From Nymphaea colorata (taxonomy: Eukaryota), in contig NC_045138.2 in assembly GCF_008831285.2 (NCBI RefSeq), positions 12,400,001 through 12,464,000 of the forward strand: a stretch of 64,000 nucleotides of DNA. The letters are read 5' to 3'. Positions 1 to 13,297 of this stretch are shown here, piece after piece. Positions within the stretch are counted from its first letter, which is position 1; each line of letters begins with the position of its first letter. Made by a program: the position numbers and the translations under genes. A model generated the notes under the pieces. The model saw only the letters and a list, made by a program, of their open reading frames with translations, did not search any database and was not told the origin of the DNA.

Positions 1-80
1 AAGGGATATCCAATCCAATCTAAACAGTGAGAACACGAACGTTCCCAACACGAGCACAGTAGAGAAATCAGAACCAACTT

Positions 81-330
81 GGCTCTAATACCATGTAGAA
101 ATAAAGATAAAGAAATGAACACGATGTAACGTGGAAAACTCCTCAACGAGAAGGAAAAAAAACACAGGTGAGGAGGACTTGTGCCCACTAGCAACCAGAC
201 ACGCTCTCTCTCTCTCTCTTAAAATTTCATTCACACAACGAAATTAGGGTTTACACAGGTTAAGTAGGGCCATAACAACACACAGGATCAGGTCCAGATC
301 CAGACCCGGATATGTGACCCAAATACAACA
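81..330 (-). mobile_element. 5' LTR (94..330) and tRNA-Met primer-binding site of an LTR retrotransposon whose body lies left of the window
   Basis: 81..93 ggctctaatacca is the reverse complement of a TGGTATYAGAGCC PBS. It abuts a segment starting TG (94) and ending CA (330). Confidence 0.6.
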
Positions 331-1149
331 TATGTCAACATACTTTAAACACTAAACCATGTAGCCTCATGCATGGTTTGAACCTACTTAGAAATGAACC
401 AGGTTGGACCTAGTTGGGTTTGGTTAAACTAGAACTAAACCCCCTCGACCTAAGCCTAGCCTACCTTGTGTCTAAATCGAGATCAAGCCGAGGTCTAACA
501 TGTTTTGACTAAGTTTGGACCCACCTACCCCACATCAAGCTAGACTCAGGGTCCATGCCCAATCCAGATCTTTTATCCAAGCCTCAAACTAGAGTTCAAA
601 CCTGTGATCCGCATATGCAGATCTAGATTCCTCATTTTAATTCTTAGGTCTCAATCTCATATCACGATCCAAACTCATTCTATCATATCCATATCTAAAT
701 TGTAGAATTCTCTTTAAATTTGGTTCCTTATCTGGGTCCCAATATCAAATCCGATATGTGATCCATATGCATTGCATTTATGTGCATAATATTCATTAAA
801 TGTGCATTCAATTTATCATTATGTGTCAGATGTTAGTGTATACAAATAAAATGGACTATGCAGAATTCTGTATTTAGCAAACTGGTATACATATATTTGA
901 AATCAATGCTCATACGAAACCAGAATGAATATTTTTTTGTTTGACATACATAGTATATGGTTTGATGTGCACTTTCTCTCCATTATGTCTGTATCAAATT
1001 CTCACTCCATGCAACATGTCAGCATGAAAAATTATTATGAATCCTTCATAACATTGTTAAAGATCAATATTGTTCGGCTGATTGAATTTTTATCAAGATT
1101 TGGCTTTGGAGTGAGCAAAATACCATAAAAATACAAGTCTTAGCGTAGG

Positions 1150-3310
1150 TTTTCCATGCCACATGAGGGAAACATGAATTTCAATGCCACGAATTTAGTC
1201 ATATTGATGAGGCAGAAAAAGTCAACCTCTTAAGGCCTCTCCAAAAGGGGCACAACCCTCTTTTTCTCTAGACACCACCTTAGAGCTTATAATTCCCGGC
1301 TAAATACAAAGTTTCTAGAAAGTGCAAGACCAGTACTCAGGTTGGCTCACAAGAAAAATTAAATTTTTGTTTTAGGTTTTCTAGGTTTGCATCTGGACTT
1401 AATCTAAGTCACAACAGTTTGTAATCAAGTCACTAATAAAGGCCAAAGGGAGCCAGTTGGGGTTGTGATCAGATCTAGTGGCAGGAGGTAAAAGTGAGGT
1501 AAGTTTCTTCTTCCTTCTTCTTTTCCTTTTTTGGCAATATAGTTCTTCGCTTTCCTTGGTTTCTTAGATAGAAAGCTCGAGGCTTTTCTTTTTGGTTTAG
1601 CATGTTTTTGTTAGTTTATTTCTGTTTTAGTGCCTAGGTTAGTTTAATTCAGCCATTCATGCTGCAGGTTAGCTATTTCCTGCTTTCTAGATAGATTTAA
1701 TTAAAACATCTGTTAGGCTAGGGGACGTGGGCCAGGTAACCTGCTCCTATCCTTTTCTTGTTTCTTTAATATTGTAATTCATATGTGGTTGCGTTAGGAA
1801 TTAATGCATATTATCATACTGTTTGCTTTCTTATTTAATCATAGTATGTTAGGATCATGCATATGCATTTATGTTTTCAAATTATACTCTTAGAACTAGG
1901 AATATGTAGTAGCTACAGTTGATTGATTACTAATATGCACAGCTCGACCTAGGCTCTTCGTGCACTCACTTCAAAGCATAGTTTTCAAATGCACGTATTC
2001 TAAACATCTAAACCATTTCAAAATAGTTTTCTAAAACCCTAGGTTCAAGCGTGGTGGAAACCTGACTTAGGACCAAACATGGTCTGATTCTTCTCAGGCC
2101 TAGCTCAAACTAGTCCTACAACCCACTACAGCCTGACCTAGATCAACCTAAGAGCCTAACCCAAACCTAGTCCAGTCAACCACCAGCGAATTCACTCAAT
2201 GCTCTGACCCAAACGTTGAGCCTACTTTTAAACATAATTAGAATTGGTTTTAATTTAGTTTAAACTTAGAACCTAGTCAAAACGTCTCTGTTTTCACCAA
2301 ACCTTACCCCTTGGTCAAATGAGAGCTCATGTTGACCAAACGCTCATTTAAAATCAAGAGTGAACCTAGTCCCACCATGGTTGAGCCCTAGCTAGGTCTA
2401 TTCCAAGGCCCAATGCATCTGAGCGCCTATTGAATCAATGTGAATTGGATCGAACCTCGATTCTTGGATAAACAAAGTTGAGCTTGGAATTTGAATCTGG
2501 ATCTAATCCTAAACTGGATATAGATTTTGGATCAAACCCTAAACTCTGAACTAAAGCTTTGAGCTTGGATCATGGATCTCACAATTGGATCAATAGGTTT
2601 TGGATCTTAGATTTACACTCAAACTCTCTAAGTTTCAAATTGAATCTAGATCAACCGAGTTCAAACTTGGATTATGAATCATGACATTGAATCTTAATAT
2701 TGGATTTCAGATTTTGGGTTTGTTTCTTAAAGTGATCGAATTTCATACTTTTAGATCTTTTAAGCCCACATCCTAAAACCCCAGAAACCGGCTCTTGCCT
2801 ATGCATAAACTCAATTTTGTTTGCATCATTTTAAGATCTAGGTTTCATTTGCATGGATCAATGATGATCAGAACATGAGCTAATTCCATCAATCATATTA
2901 TTAATTCATGTAACTGCAAAGTCTGAAAGACCCACCTAGATTTCAAAATTGCAAGATTTTCCAAAACCTAGGCATAATTGTTTCGATTTAGTAGGTTATG
3001 ACGATGATCAAAACTTATATTCAAGTCATCAACTTAGTCATTGGTCTGATTACTCTTGGTGAAAGCACCAGCTGTCAGACCTCGTACCAACAGGATGGGT
3101 CTCATCTTCTGGATTCCCACACAAGGAGAATAGAGGTGAGTACAAATTTTTATTTCTGAAAATGAATGATCATATGCAAAGTTGAATATTTTAGCAAGTA
3201 ATCAACTCCCAACATAAATTGTTGATGCATTTTTATCAAGCTTTAGAAAACATAATATATTAAATTCAAGATTTTTTCAAAATATTTATAAATTGGATTG
3301 CATCGTGACA
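1150..3310. mobile_element. Probable degenerate long LTR or retroelement-derived non-coding sequence
   Basis: No coding potential, degenerate (tt)ggatc/ggatct motif arrays, and an end in ...atcgtgaca resembling an LTR 3' end. A segment near 3060-3160 resembles 57470-57560. The left boundary is a guess. Confidence 0.3.
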
Positions 3311-4821
3311 CTCATACATTTCACTAGATAGAGTGGTGCCATTTGCCCTTCCACTGTTAATTAATAGTAGCTTCTCATAATGTGGAGAGTATACTCACAT
3401 AAATGCATGCATGTGAAGAAGAGATACCTTAACAGTAATGACTATGAGTATGGTGATTTAAATAACTGTGTAACATCTTAATAGAAACATAATAGGGAGA
3501 TCAACATATAGAAGAAGACAAAATGTACATATTAATTTTATATCAAGAGACAACAAAACTAAATACCATGTAAGAATGTGATAGCTTGGCCGATCTGGTT
3601 CCTCTTTAATTCATGTTACTCTAACATTGAAGAGAGCCAAAGCAAAATCAAGAAAGTTCCTCCATTCAAGGAACTAGGCTCTTGGAGATTGTCCCACCTC
3701 ATATGTGGTAATGCAGTAACAATAGGAAACTGAATTAGATTCTACAATGCAAAGGCAGAAAGGGCTCTTCTTTCTCAGTGAGCTGATTTGTCAAATATAT
3801 CTTATTTTCACAATTTACTTTTCTCTTTCCCATTACCATCCATTCTTTCCTACCCTTGTGTTTAGAAGGATCTATGCAGCTCATTCATGTTTTCTCAAAC
3901 ACAACTACAAAATTAGAAAACAAAAATGAGGAAAAGGAGTCTATCTAACTTATAAATTGTTGCATTCTTAATATTCCTATTTTGAGTAGCCATGGAGCAG
4001 TGTACACTATGTTCTTTCACTAACATTTCACTTAAATTTTGACCCCTATATGAACTTCTTTTGTCAAATTAGTGAGGTTGCTTTCCTTCAGATTACATTA
4101 ATGTAAATGAATTGCCCAAATGAACTAAATGCACACCATAAGGACAGGGGAGACAATATTATAATGGTGCCTTTTGGAAGCAAATGACGACTATTGTAAA
4201 GATGTAAGAAGTGTACTCTTGTCAAAGAAGCTTGCAGAAAGTATATATGATATGTGAATATGACATTTTCAGTTTTTCCACTTATTGAAGTCCAATGCTT
4301 CCGTAGAAGGATCTGAAGGACACTTGCACCAATGTCAACACAAAAAAATATCCCCTCACTAAAATGCTAGAGGATAGATATGCTAAAAGCTAAAACAAAT
4401 AGTTAAAAGCAACATTACACAACATCAAAGCAAATGATTTTTTAATAATAGGGGATTGTAATCTATCAACTAAGTGAAGACCATTTTCAAAAAACTTCAT
4501 TTCTCACTAAACCAACTTCAAATGTAATCCTATTAACTATTTAAATGATACAGAGGTATAAATGATGCTAACATACAATACAAAAACATAAGCAATGTAA
4601 TAAATAACACCCAAATGCAATATCAAATGCTTAAATCAGCAATCCAAATCCAAAGAATAATAAAAGCAAGAGTCTCTTATTAATTGTATTATGACCAATG
4701 AATACAAGCACTGATGTTGACATCAGACTAGCAAAGATAACCCACTACTGTATAAAATGAAGAAATAGAATGACACTTAAAGGAGATGTATGGGTTGAAC
4801 GAGAAAAATAGAGTGCAAGAA

Positions 4822-4852
<31 letters not shown>

Positions 4853-5459
4853 GTGTGTGTCGAGAGAGAGAGAGAGAGGGAGAGAGGAATATCAAGAGAG
4901 ATGTAGTTATGAAGCACGATTTTTGAAGGAGAGACGACAGAGAGAAGGGTTTCACCGAATGAGTTGTAGAAGATATGTGAAAGCTTCAGATATTTTGTTT
5001 CCCAAAAAAGATGAGATGTTTTTGCTGCAAGAGAAACTAATGCTACAACTTTTGTACTGGCATTGTGGTTCGAGATTTTTGGTGCTAGGTATAGAAGGGC
5101 AAAGTGTTCATACTGAAGGGTTTAAGATAAACCCAGCTCTGGCACTATGTGAGGCAGCTCCACTGGTGCACTCTCTTCAAGATGGCAGAATTGTTCACAA
5201 ACAACTGTTTTTCTTTTCTCGCATGCAGAGCTAATCTCAAAATAGCACCACTGCTGACCTATTTTCTTGTAATGTATATAGCTTTTTTTCTTGTACATCC
5301 TTTTTGTCTCTAGATTCTAGATATCATTACTTATTTTTTATTTTTTTGTTGATGTTGTGCATCCCAATTTTAGCAGCTGCTTTCATTGGAAACTTCCAAG
5401 ATGGAACTCCACTAAAGAAGCTCCTCATTGGCGATAAGAAAAAAATTGAAATTGAAGTG

Positions 5460-8102
5460 CACTATAAAAAACCAGTTTTTAACTAACGCTTGAATATTAT
5501 AATAAAAATACCAAAATCATCAATAAATGTTTTACTGACGTTACGTTTGACGTAAAAGCATGCGTCAAAGAAGATGTCATTGCTGAAACCTTTACTAACA
5601 TTTTGCCGCACAATTGTAAATATTGATAATTACTTACATTGACTGTGTCAAAAATCATATCAAATGGTATAAACCACAAGTCTGTACTGATGCAGACAAT
5701 CATAAGTAACTTCATCTTATCTTGGCATAATGAATTGCATTTGAAAATCTGCTTGTATTGACGAATTCACATCGTCTAGTGTTCAATATAATTAGTAATT
5801 CATTGCTTTTTTGCTGATGATATGCTTGCATCAGTAAATATGAACTTATACTTATTATATGTTTGCATGAGTAGATCTTATTTTTTTATGTTTGAAGACA
5901 TCAACGAATGTTCATTTTAATTTTTTAGTATTATGTTGTACATTACATATTTTCAAATTTGGATACATACAAAATAATATAAACATAATAACTATTTACA
6001 TTTATACAATGGTAGACGTGATGCACAAGTTCTTCTACGCCTATATCCTTTGATTGGATCGGATATATTTTCCAATGTGCCCATATCCTTTGATTGCATT
6101 GAACTTGTTTATCTCAATGTTTGCTTGAACATGTTATGCATACTTCAACCTCTCACGAGACTGGCGAATAGATACATATGCATGTCAACTGACAATAGTG
6201 AAACAGATGTACACCAATTTGGTGGTTAGAAAATCAAAAGGGAAAAGCATTGGGAAATGTTATGGTAGTCCAAGAACAACTTTATAGTTATATTAGGTCA
6301 ATCCAGTTTCTACCTTAACGTTACCCTTCAGCTAGCATTAACATCCTGCGTATGAAGAAATGAGTTGCATAAGTAACATGATAATAAGTTCATTCACAAA
6401 ATGTTCATAGCATGATCAATTGCCCTCGCGAAAGCCACCTATTATGAAACTAAAATTTGAAAGTAAAATGAAGTCCAACTTAAAAGAAAAAATAACGTAC
6501 ACAACAATGCAAGAGTTCATTCCTAATCAAGTAGGTGTTCAGCACCGTCAACGGTATTAAGACAGTAAAATAGTGAAAGGCACTACAAGAGTGCACACAT
6601 CAAATTTATGATGTACTTGATAGTTTATTTTCATATTTCAGTTTTCATAATAAAACATCCAAAAAAGAAGTACCTAGTGCACATTAGTCGAGTCTAGGGG
6701 TAGCCATTGAAATTAAAATATGCCATAAAACTATATTTAGTAGAATAACAAATTAAATCATGCAAACATTGTATGAGTTAACTAAATGAACCCGACGTTG
6801 TGGCATCCAAATTTTGCTATAGTTGAGACTTCAAAATCTTCATCTCTTCACCTGTCTCCATGTTTTTACCTTTTAGAAAAATACTTTGTTTGTCGGTTGT
6901 TCATTTAGTTGGAGAAGCTTAGCCCTTCAAAAAAATTCTGTATATAAGTAGCAATGAATAAAAGATTTGCAATGTTTGAATAGTTCTGATTTTGACTTGA
7001 TCAAGTGACAAAGAAAATTTCAGCGCATGATGCTTCATCTTCAAACTATAAACGATAGTTGTTGTTACAAACATATCATTTGTTTAACATATAAAGCAAT
7101 GAGCGTGTATCATGGATAACTTATTGTGCGGGCCTTAAATAGGTGAAGCCCTCAATACCAGTAGTGGTTGGTATTTCTCACGTGTATGCAATTCAGTATT
7201 TATTTCGTTGATTTTTTGTTAAAACCAAATATTCCTAATGTCGATTTTTGTTGTTTTAAAGATGAACAATACATATATGCAAGTGAATCAATCTTTTATA
7301 ATATAAAAAACAATACCTTGGACTTCAGTTCTGCAAAAATAGCTCATGATGGATTGGGATTGATCATTTGGAATGTCATAAGAATAGTAAGCTCCATCCA
7401 AGTCATCACTATGAATCTTCTTATACAACTGTCTCAGATAATATCCTCAATTTCAAAAGCGACACCAATATTCTTTCAATGCCACACCTTCACGTGGCCC
7501 TTTTTCTCTTTTGGGATTTTGAACTTCTCTTACAATGAACAATGAACAAGCCACATGGGGTTGATGGTAGGCAGACAGATAAAAATGACGAGGGATTGCG
7601 GTGGCATCAGGTTGACGGGAGGTGGATAGAGGAGAAAGGCAGAGGGAAAAGGGGAATTGGGTGAAAGAAGGGATGGGAAAAGAGGGAGGAAGGGCGGGAT
7701 AAAGGAAAACTTTCGCTGCCGCATGAAAAACATCAGATATAATATTAGTGATGTGATTAAAAAAAACTTGGTATCAAAAGATTTTCACTGACATGTGCCC
7801 AAAACATCATTGTTCAAAAAAGCCAATCTTGTGGGTTTTTTTGTGACATAAAGGGGCACGTCAGTAAAGTATGGAAAACTACTGGCACACTGTTGAACGT
7901 CAGTATGTATGCTTTCAATTTTGCGTCAGAATATACTAAATTTTTACTGACGTCCGCATCATCAAAACTTGATGGGTACTGACATTTGACATACGCCAGA
8001 ATGTCCATTTTATCTGACGAGCTGCACTTATCTTTAGTATAGTGAAACTTTTACTAACGATTTCCTATCTTAGCATCAGCAAAAAAGAGGTTTTTTGTGG
8101 TG
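5460..8102. mobile_element. Non-autonomous CACTA (En/Spm) element, 2.6 kb
   Basis: Left end CACTATAAAAAAACC; right end ggttttttgtggtg (reverse complement CACCACAAAAAACC). Perfect 3-bp TSD GTG (5457-5459, 8103-8105). Subterminal actgacgt/acgtcagt repeats at both ends. Confidence 0.85.
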
Positions 8103-8362
8103 GTGGCTGAAAAGAGCTTAGCACTTTACTTTCCCAACGACTACATAGCACATTTGGAAATTCAAGAAAAACATCGTTCATGATTTGGACAGCTTTGCTG
8201 GCAGAGATTGCACTTTAAACTGATGTAAATAACTTAGTCAGTGGCACTCTCCTTGGAGTTCGTGAACAACATTCTTAATTGGATGAGAACCTGAGTCAGA
8301 CCGATACCTGGCTACCATTCAATAAAGTTTATTTCATTGTTCAAGTGGCCATCCACGATAGG

Positions 8363-8806
8363 TAGGGATTTCTATACATCTGATTTGGATTAGATATCCA
8401 ATTAACTGTTTAAAAATAAACAAAATGGATATGAAAAAATTTTAATATCTGATTAAGAAATTGGATTGGGTTCGGATTTAAGAAATGACATGTGATTGGA
8501 TTTGGATTGAATTTGAATATACAAAATATATGATTGGATTCGAATTAAGATCAGATTTAGTTTTAAATAAATAACCTATATCGAATGCTCTTATATTTTG
8601 AAAATCGGCCAAATTCAGATTCACATTGGATATAAATGTCATAATCAGATTCTGATCAGATTTGGATTGTGAAATGGGATTTTGGATTCAGATATAGATT
8701 CAGATATGACCTTTCTTTGTATGTATTTGCATTGAATATGTGAATATTCAAAAAATCCGATACAGTTAAGAGCTATCTGTTTCAAATGCAATCCGTTCAC
8801 ATCTCT
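8363..8806. mobile_element. MITE-like element rich in (TT)GGAT/ATCCGA motifs; family relatives at ~11029-11383 and ~36087-36523
   Basis: Ends tagggat... and ...catctctg, with the same gatttggat/ggatatc motif arrays in three places. No clean TSD found. Confidence 0.55.
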
Positions 8807-9909
8807 GCACAGGTTAAACGATATGTAAACTCTGGTTTTCATTATAAAAGGTTGCAGCGATAATATAGTTCAAGGTGGTACCGGAGTAGCCCACGCTTTT
8901 CAGCGGTGGGATGCAGAGGATGTGTTGTTATTTTCTGTGAATATCCTCCCCAAATCTCAAGAGAAGATACCGTTAGTGGGCCCGTGCAAATGAAGATCAT
9001 GTTTATGGAAGGCTATTGAGATGCATTTTTTTCCCTCAAAGATCACACAGTAGATTCTTACTTTACCTTTGCAATCTAGCTACAAAAACGTTAGGGCCTA
9101 CTTTTGTAAAGTTACCCGTCAAACGTTAACGGTTTGGGATCACATACCCACTGCAGGAGCTTAATTCATCCTGCTATTGGCGTGCGATTCACTCTGTACA
9201 TTTTGTTCTGTGATCTGTGCAATCTTTGTCTGAGTCTAGCCCTCCATTTTTAGGTAATAAAAGGGCTTGGGGCCCTTTACTCCTGTAGGTTTGCATTGGA
9301 AAGTAGAAGTTCGAAAAGAATAAAAGATGATGAATAGTTGAATACATATTCTCTAACAAGTGAAAGGTTTACGCTTTCACATACCCGAGAGTTTTTGGAC
9401 TTGAAATTTAAAAGCATCACCGACCACAAGAACTTAACAAATTTTAGCTCAAAGCAGCAACACCGTGGCAACATACTCTCATAAACATATTCAAAACCGT
9501 AGGTACCTCCATATTAGCCTGTGCTTTTCATGTCAACCAAATAAAATAACTACAAGATCACTAATGTAAACCCATTTCAAGTTGCTAAAGTTCACATATA
9601 ACATCTTATTTAATAATGAGGGAATGTGGAGAATATCCTGAAGAAATATGGCTGTCTCGTTTAATGGGAACAAAACAATCTCTCTTTCTACAGTTCTTCA
9701 GCTATTTGTTTTAGTAATCAAAGGGTTCTCAAGGGGTAGGTCAACTGCTACATAAAACAATTCATTTTCACTCATGCAGTCATGTTCAATTTGAATGTTG
9801 TTCATTTGGGCTTTCTCACGTACGACACTGTCAATCTTTCAACATTCAACAGCTCGTTTGCACTAGTTAAAGTATTTTGTGTTGTAGAATGTCCATTAGT
9901 TGCATGTTC

Positions 9910-10470
9910 AGGCGTCTACGAGACATTGAAGTCAGCCCAATTGTTAATGAGAAAACTTTGGCAAATAGACCGCACAAACAAGTATGTCATCTGGAACAAG
10001 TAATAGTCAAGTAGCAAAATATTGTCTACGCCACAGGGAGGACATCAGGCATCTCTTTTTCAGCTGCCCTTCTGCCAGGAACGCCTGGAGACAGATGACG
10101 AAGAAGCTGGGGATCAGAATGGTCCCAACAGAAGACCTTCGCTCTAAGTTCCAGAACTGGGTTAAGAGAAACAAAGGTAAGAAATTGCCCAAACAAGTGT
10201 AACCTTATTGCCTTCCACATCATAGTTTGGTGCCAGGAATCCAGCCCTTCGATCTTCATTCAGATCGTCTCCTGGCAGCTCAGGTGTAAGCAAGGTGCGG
10301 AGGTACTGGTTTAAAATGAGGGGGGCGTGTTCCCTTTTGCAACCGTTACCTGGAAGTACACTAGGCCAAAATCTGACTTTTGCTTGTAAATACCTCATTT
10401 GTTCTAATAAATTTAATGGCATACCCCTCCTCAGGTGTTTTAATTAACTAGCAAAATAAAAATATAAATA
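9910..10470 (+). mobile_element. LINE (L1-like) 3' remnant, zf-RVT region
   Basis: ORF 9984..10202 contains YCLRHREDIRHLFFSCPSARNAW, matching the C..E...HLFFSC...W zinc-binding motif of non-LTR RT C-termini. An A-rich tract follows near 10455. Confidence 0.7.
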
Positions 10471-10907
10471 GCCTTGAAACATTTCATCTAAGAGAGATGC
10501 AAGAAGAACAAGTGGGCATCTACAATGAAGAAGCGAATAGAACCAAAAAAGGTACCAAAAAAAAAAAAGAAAACCCACAAGAATGTATCAAACTTATAAG
10601 AACAAGCAACTCAACGTAACCTCCGATTACAAAACTTCATCAAAATCAACCCTCACATCAAAAGACAGAAAACAACCAGGTTTCTTTGTGAATCAACCAA
10701 GAAGCAAATCAGAAACATCTAGAAACAAGGAAGCCCAAGAATGTGGGTGCACATCAAGACCATCACCACTATGTGAGCAAGAACCTAATTCTGTTAGACA
10801 ACAATGACGATGACAACAACCCTCCCATACTCTTTTTCATTGTTACCACCCTCCCCATCTCCACATATCCTTTGTATGGCATGCTGAATGTTTACACATG
10901 TGCCACC

Positions 10908-10946
<39 letters not shown>

Positions 10947-11028
10947 GTTGTTCCTACTGTAATATTTACAAACCTGGTGTGGGACGTTTCTGTGGCAGGT
11001 AGGAATGTCAAAAATTCCTAGAAAAAAT

Positions 11029-11383
11029 CAGAGATGTCTGACAATTTAACGTCAGACGAAAAAATAGATTTGGATATCAGAAATGGCATCTGATCATATA
11101 CGGATTTGAACTCGAACTTATCTGATAAGCCTATTCAGATTCGGATCAGATCAGTTTTAAATAAACATCATACGCCAATGTGCTTACATTTTGAAAATCA
11201 GTTCTTGATATATGGTAATATGGTTCGCATTCAGTTTAAAATTTGGATTCAAATTCAATGTGACTTTAAAAATCATGTTAGGATCAGATTTAAATTGTGA
11301 AAAATGGATTCTAACTTGGATTTATATAATTTTTATTCATTATTGTTTTAATCCAAATTTGAGTATAAATATATGAACATCTC
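11029..11383. mobile_element. MITE-like element, same family as 8363..8806
   Basis: cagagatgt...aacatctc inverted ends with internal gatttggatatc/ttcggatc motifs. Confidence 0.5.
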
Positions 11384-13297
11384 AAACAGTAGATATCGTT
11401 AAGAGTACACAGTATTCAAAATGGGACCATTGACATCAATAATGGTAGAGGCTGAGCAACTCAACGGTGCAACGAAGCACAATGATGCTGGCTGCAATGG
11501 AGAAGGCAACCTGGTGAAAAGACAAAGCGGGACTTTAATTGGGGGATCTACACCAGTAGCCCAGAATTTTGTTAGGGCGTGGAAACTTTTGAGATTCAGA
11601 ACTTTAATTCCACTTGCACAATGGAATCTCATGCATTCAAACGCTACCTAAATTACTGCTTAGTTTGTAACCTGTTCTCAGATAGCTGCTAATTCTATCT
11701 AAATTAATTTAACCAAGGTAAGTTGTAGTTAGGCAACGAAAGTGAACCATTACAGCTTTAATGCTTGTTGCCTTTTGAACTCCCAATCGTTATCCTTCCT
11801 CCACGATTTTTTGGGGTTTCCTTCTCTGTTGGGGCAAGCTGCAAAAAAAATCTGGTTCTTTTACTCTTGGTTCAGCCCTCAAATGTCAAAAGAGTGGTTG
11901 TTCAACTAGCTTCAAGCTCACCTCTTTCCTGCACGTCTATCTTACACAGTAGATTTAAACAATTTAAAAAATGGTTGAACATTTTGATGATGTGCTGACA
12001 ACCGTCAAACTTAATGGAAGTTTCTGCAACATCGAAGATGCAGATGCCTATTAACAGAAGCTTTTTGATACACAAAGGAACGACGAAACTATTGTGGCAG
12101 CTAAAATGATCTCACAAGTTTCGCCTCTATTAAAATTTTACTTTTTAGATTTTCTAGTAGGATTCAGCAATGACTCCAACAATTAGTGAATGTCGAAATG
12201 GCTGGTGGTTAAAAGCATGTTCAGCCATTGTTGCACCTTCCCATCACATTCATTTTCTTTCATTCAGTAAAGCAATAAGAATCCAGTTAACGTTTGAAAG
12301 TTATGTTTATCAGGTACAATGTCATCATTTACATTTTCAGATTACAAGGGCCGCTCATTCACCCAAATCAGCACCTGACATTAGCTCAAAGTCTCATCCT
12401 TCCAAAGCAAAAATTTGTTGGTGGACGCAGGATTTGGAGGGCGTAGAGAGATGATGATGATGATTGATCTAGTTGATCTAGTTCAAAGCATGTAGAAATA
12501 GATGAATTAAAATGTGCAGCAAGATTCCAAATTCCACGTTTATACATGATGTACAATGAGGCAAAGGAGCATAAAAACCCGCTTTGGACAAAAAAAAAAC
12601 CCGCATCGCAGGTTTGAACACACCCGCACAGCCGGCAATTGTCATGGGAACGTGATTATCTACAAGAACCAGGAAATGGAGACCTCCTAACTCTTCGGTC
12701 CACATACAAAAGTCGAGCAGTAAAAGGCTCTTCATTAAGTCCATACATTACATTTCAGTACAAAAGAAGAGCCAAGTGTCGAGCAAGCCCCGGAGGTAAT
12801 AGAGTTGGGCAGAACACAAAAAGATGGAACCTAATGCATCAAACCGTAAACTGACCGCTCCTACGTACAGCTTGGAAAATGATGAAAAAGGAGATTGGAC
12901 TGCAGAAGTGTCAAGCAACTGTACACAAGAAGGCCTATGAAAATGAGGGAATGAACAAAAAAGCAAAACACGTAAAACCGTGTACCTTGTAATGCATGAA
13001 ATTGGGCGCTTTCTTGAGAAAACATTCTGTTAGTCGAACATATAAGCACGCAAACCTTGCTATATTTTACAAAAGGACCAATTAAAGTTTCCATTGGATA
13101 ACCACAAATAAATGCCTCTGATCCCCTCATTAACTGTGCAGTTTACAAACCTTCCAGTAACAAAATTGGAAGATTTCAATTTCGTTGTCTGGACCACTGA
13201 ATTGCAAATGCAACTATCAAAGCACTTTTGACAAACCTTATATGCTGAAATGAGTGAAAAATGAAGCAACGGTATAGCTGATGAGAATCCATCGCGT

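Noticed and set aside
3550..4340. Possible hAT transposase remnant on the minus strand (KHWTSISGKTENVI..., LALFNV)
   Set aside because: Too degraded to support without a profile search.
11700..11935. Exon-like segment on the minus strand downstream of OEP80
   Set aside because: There is a stop within a few codons and no recognisable homology.
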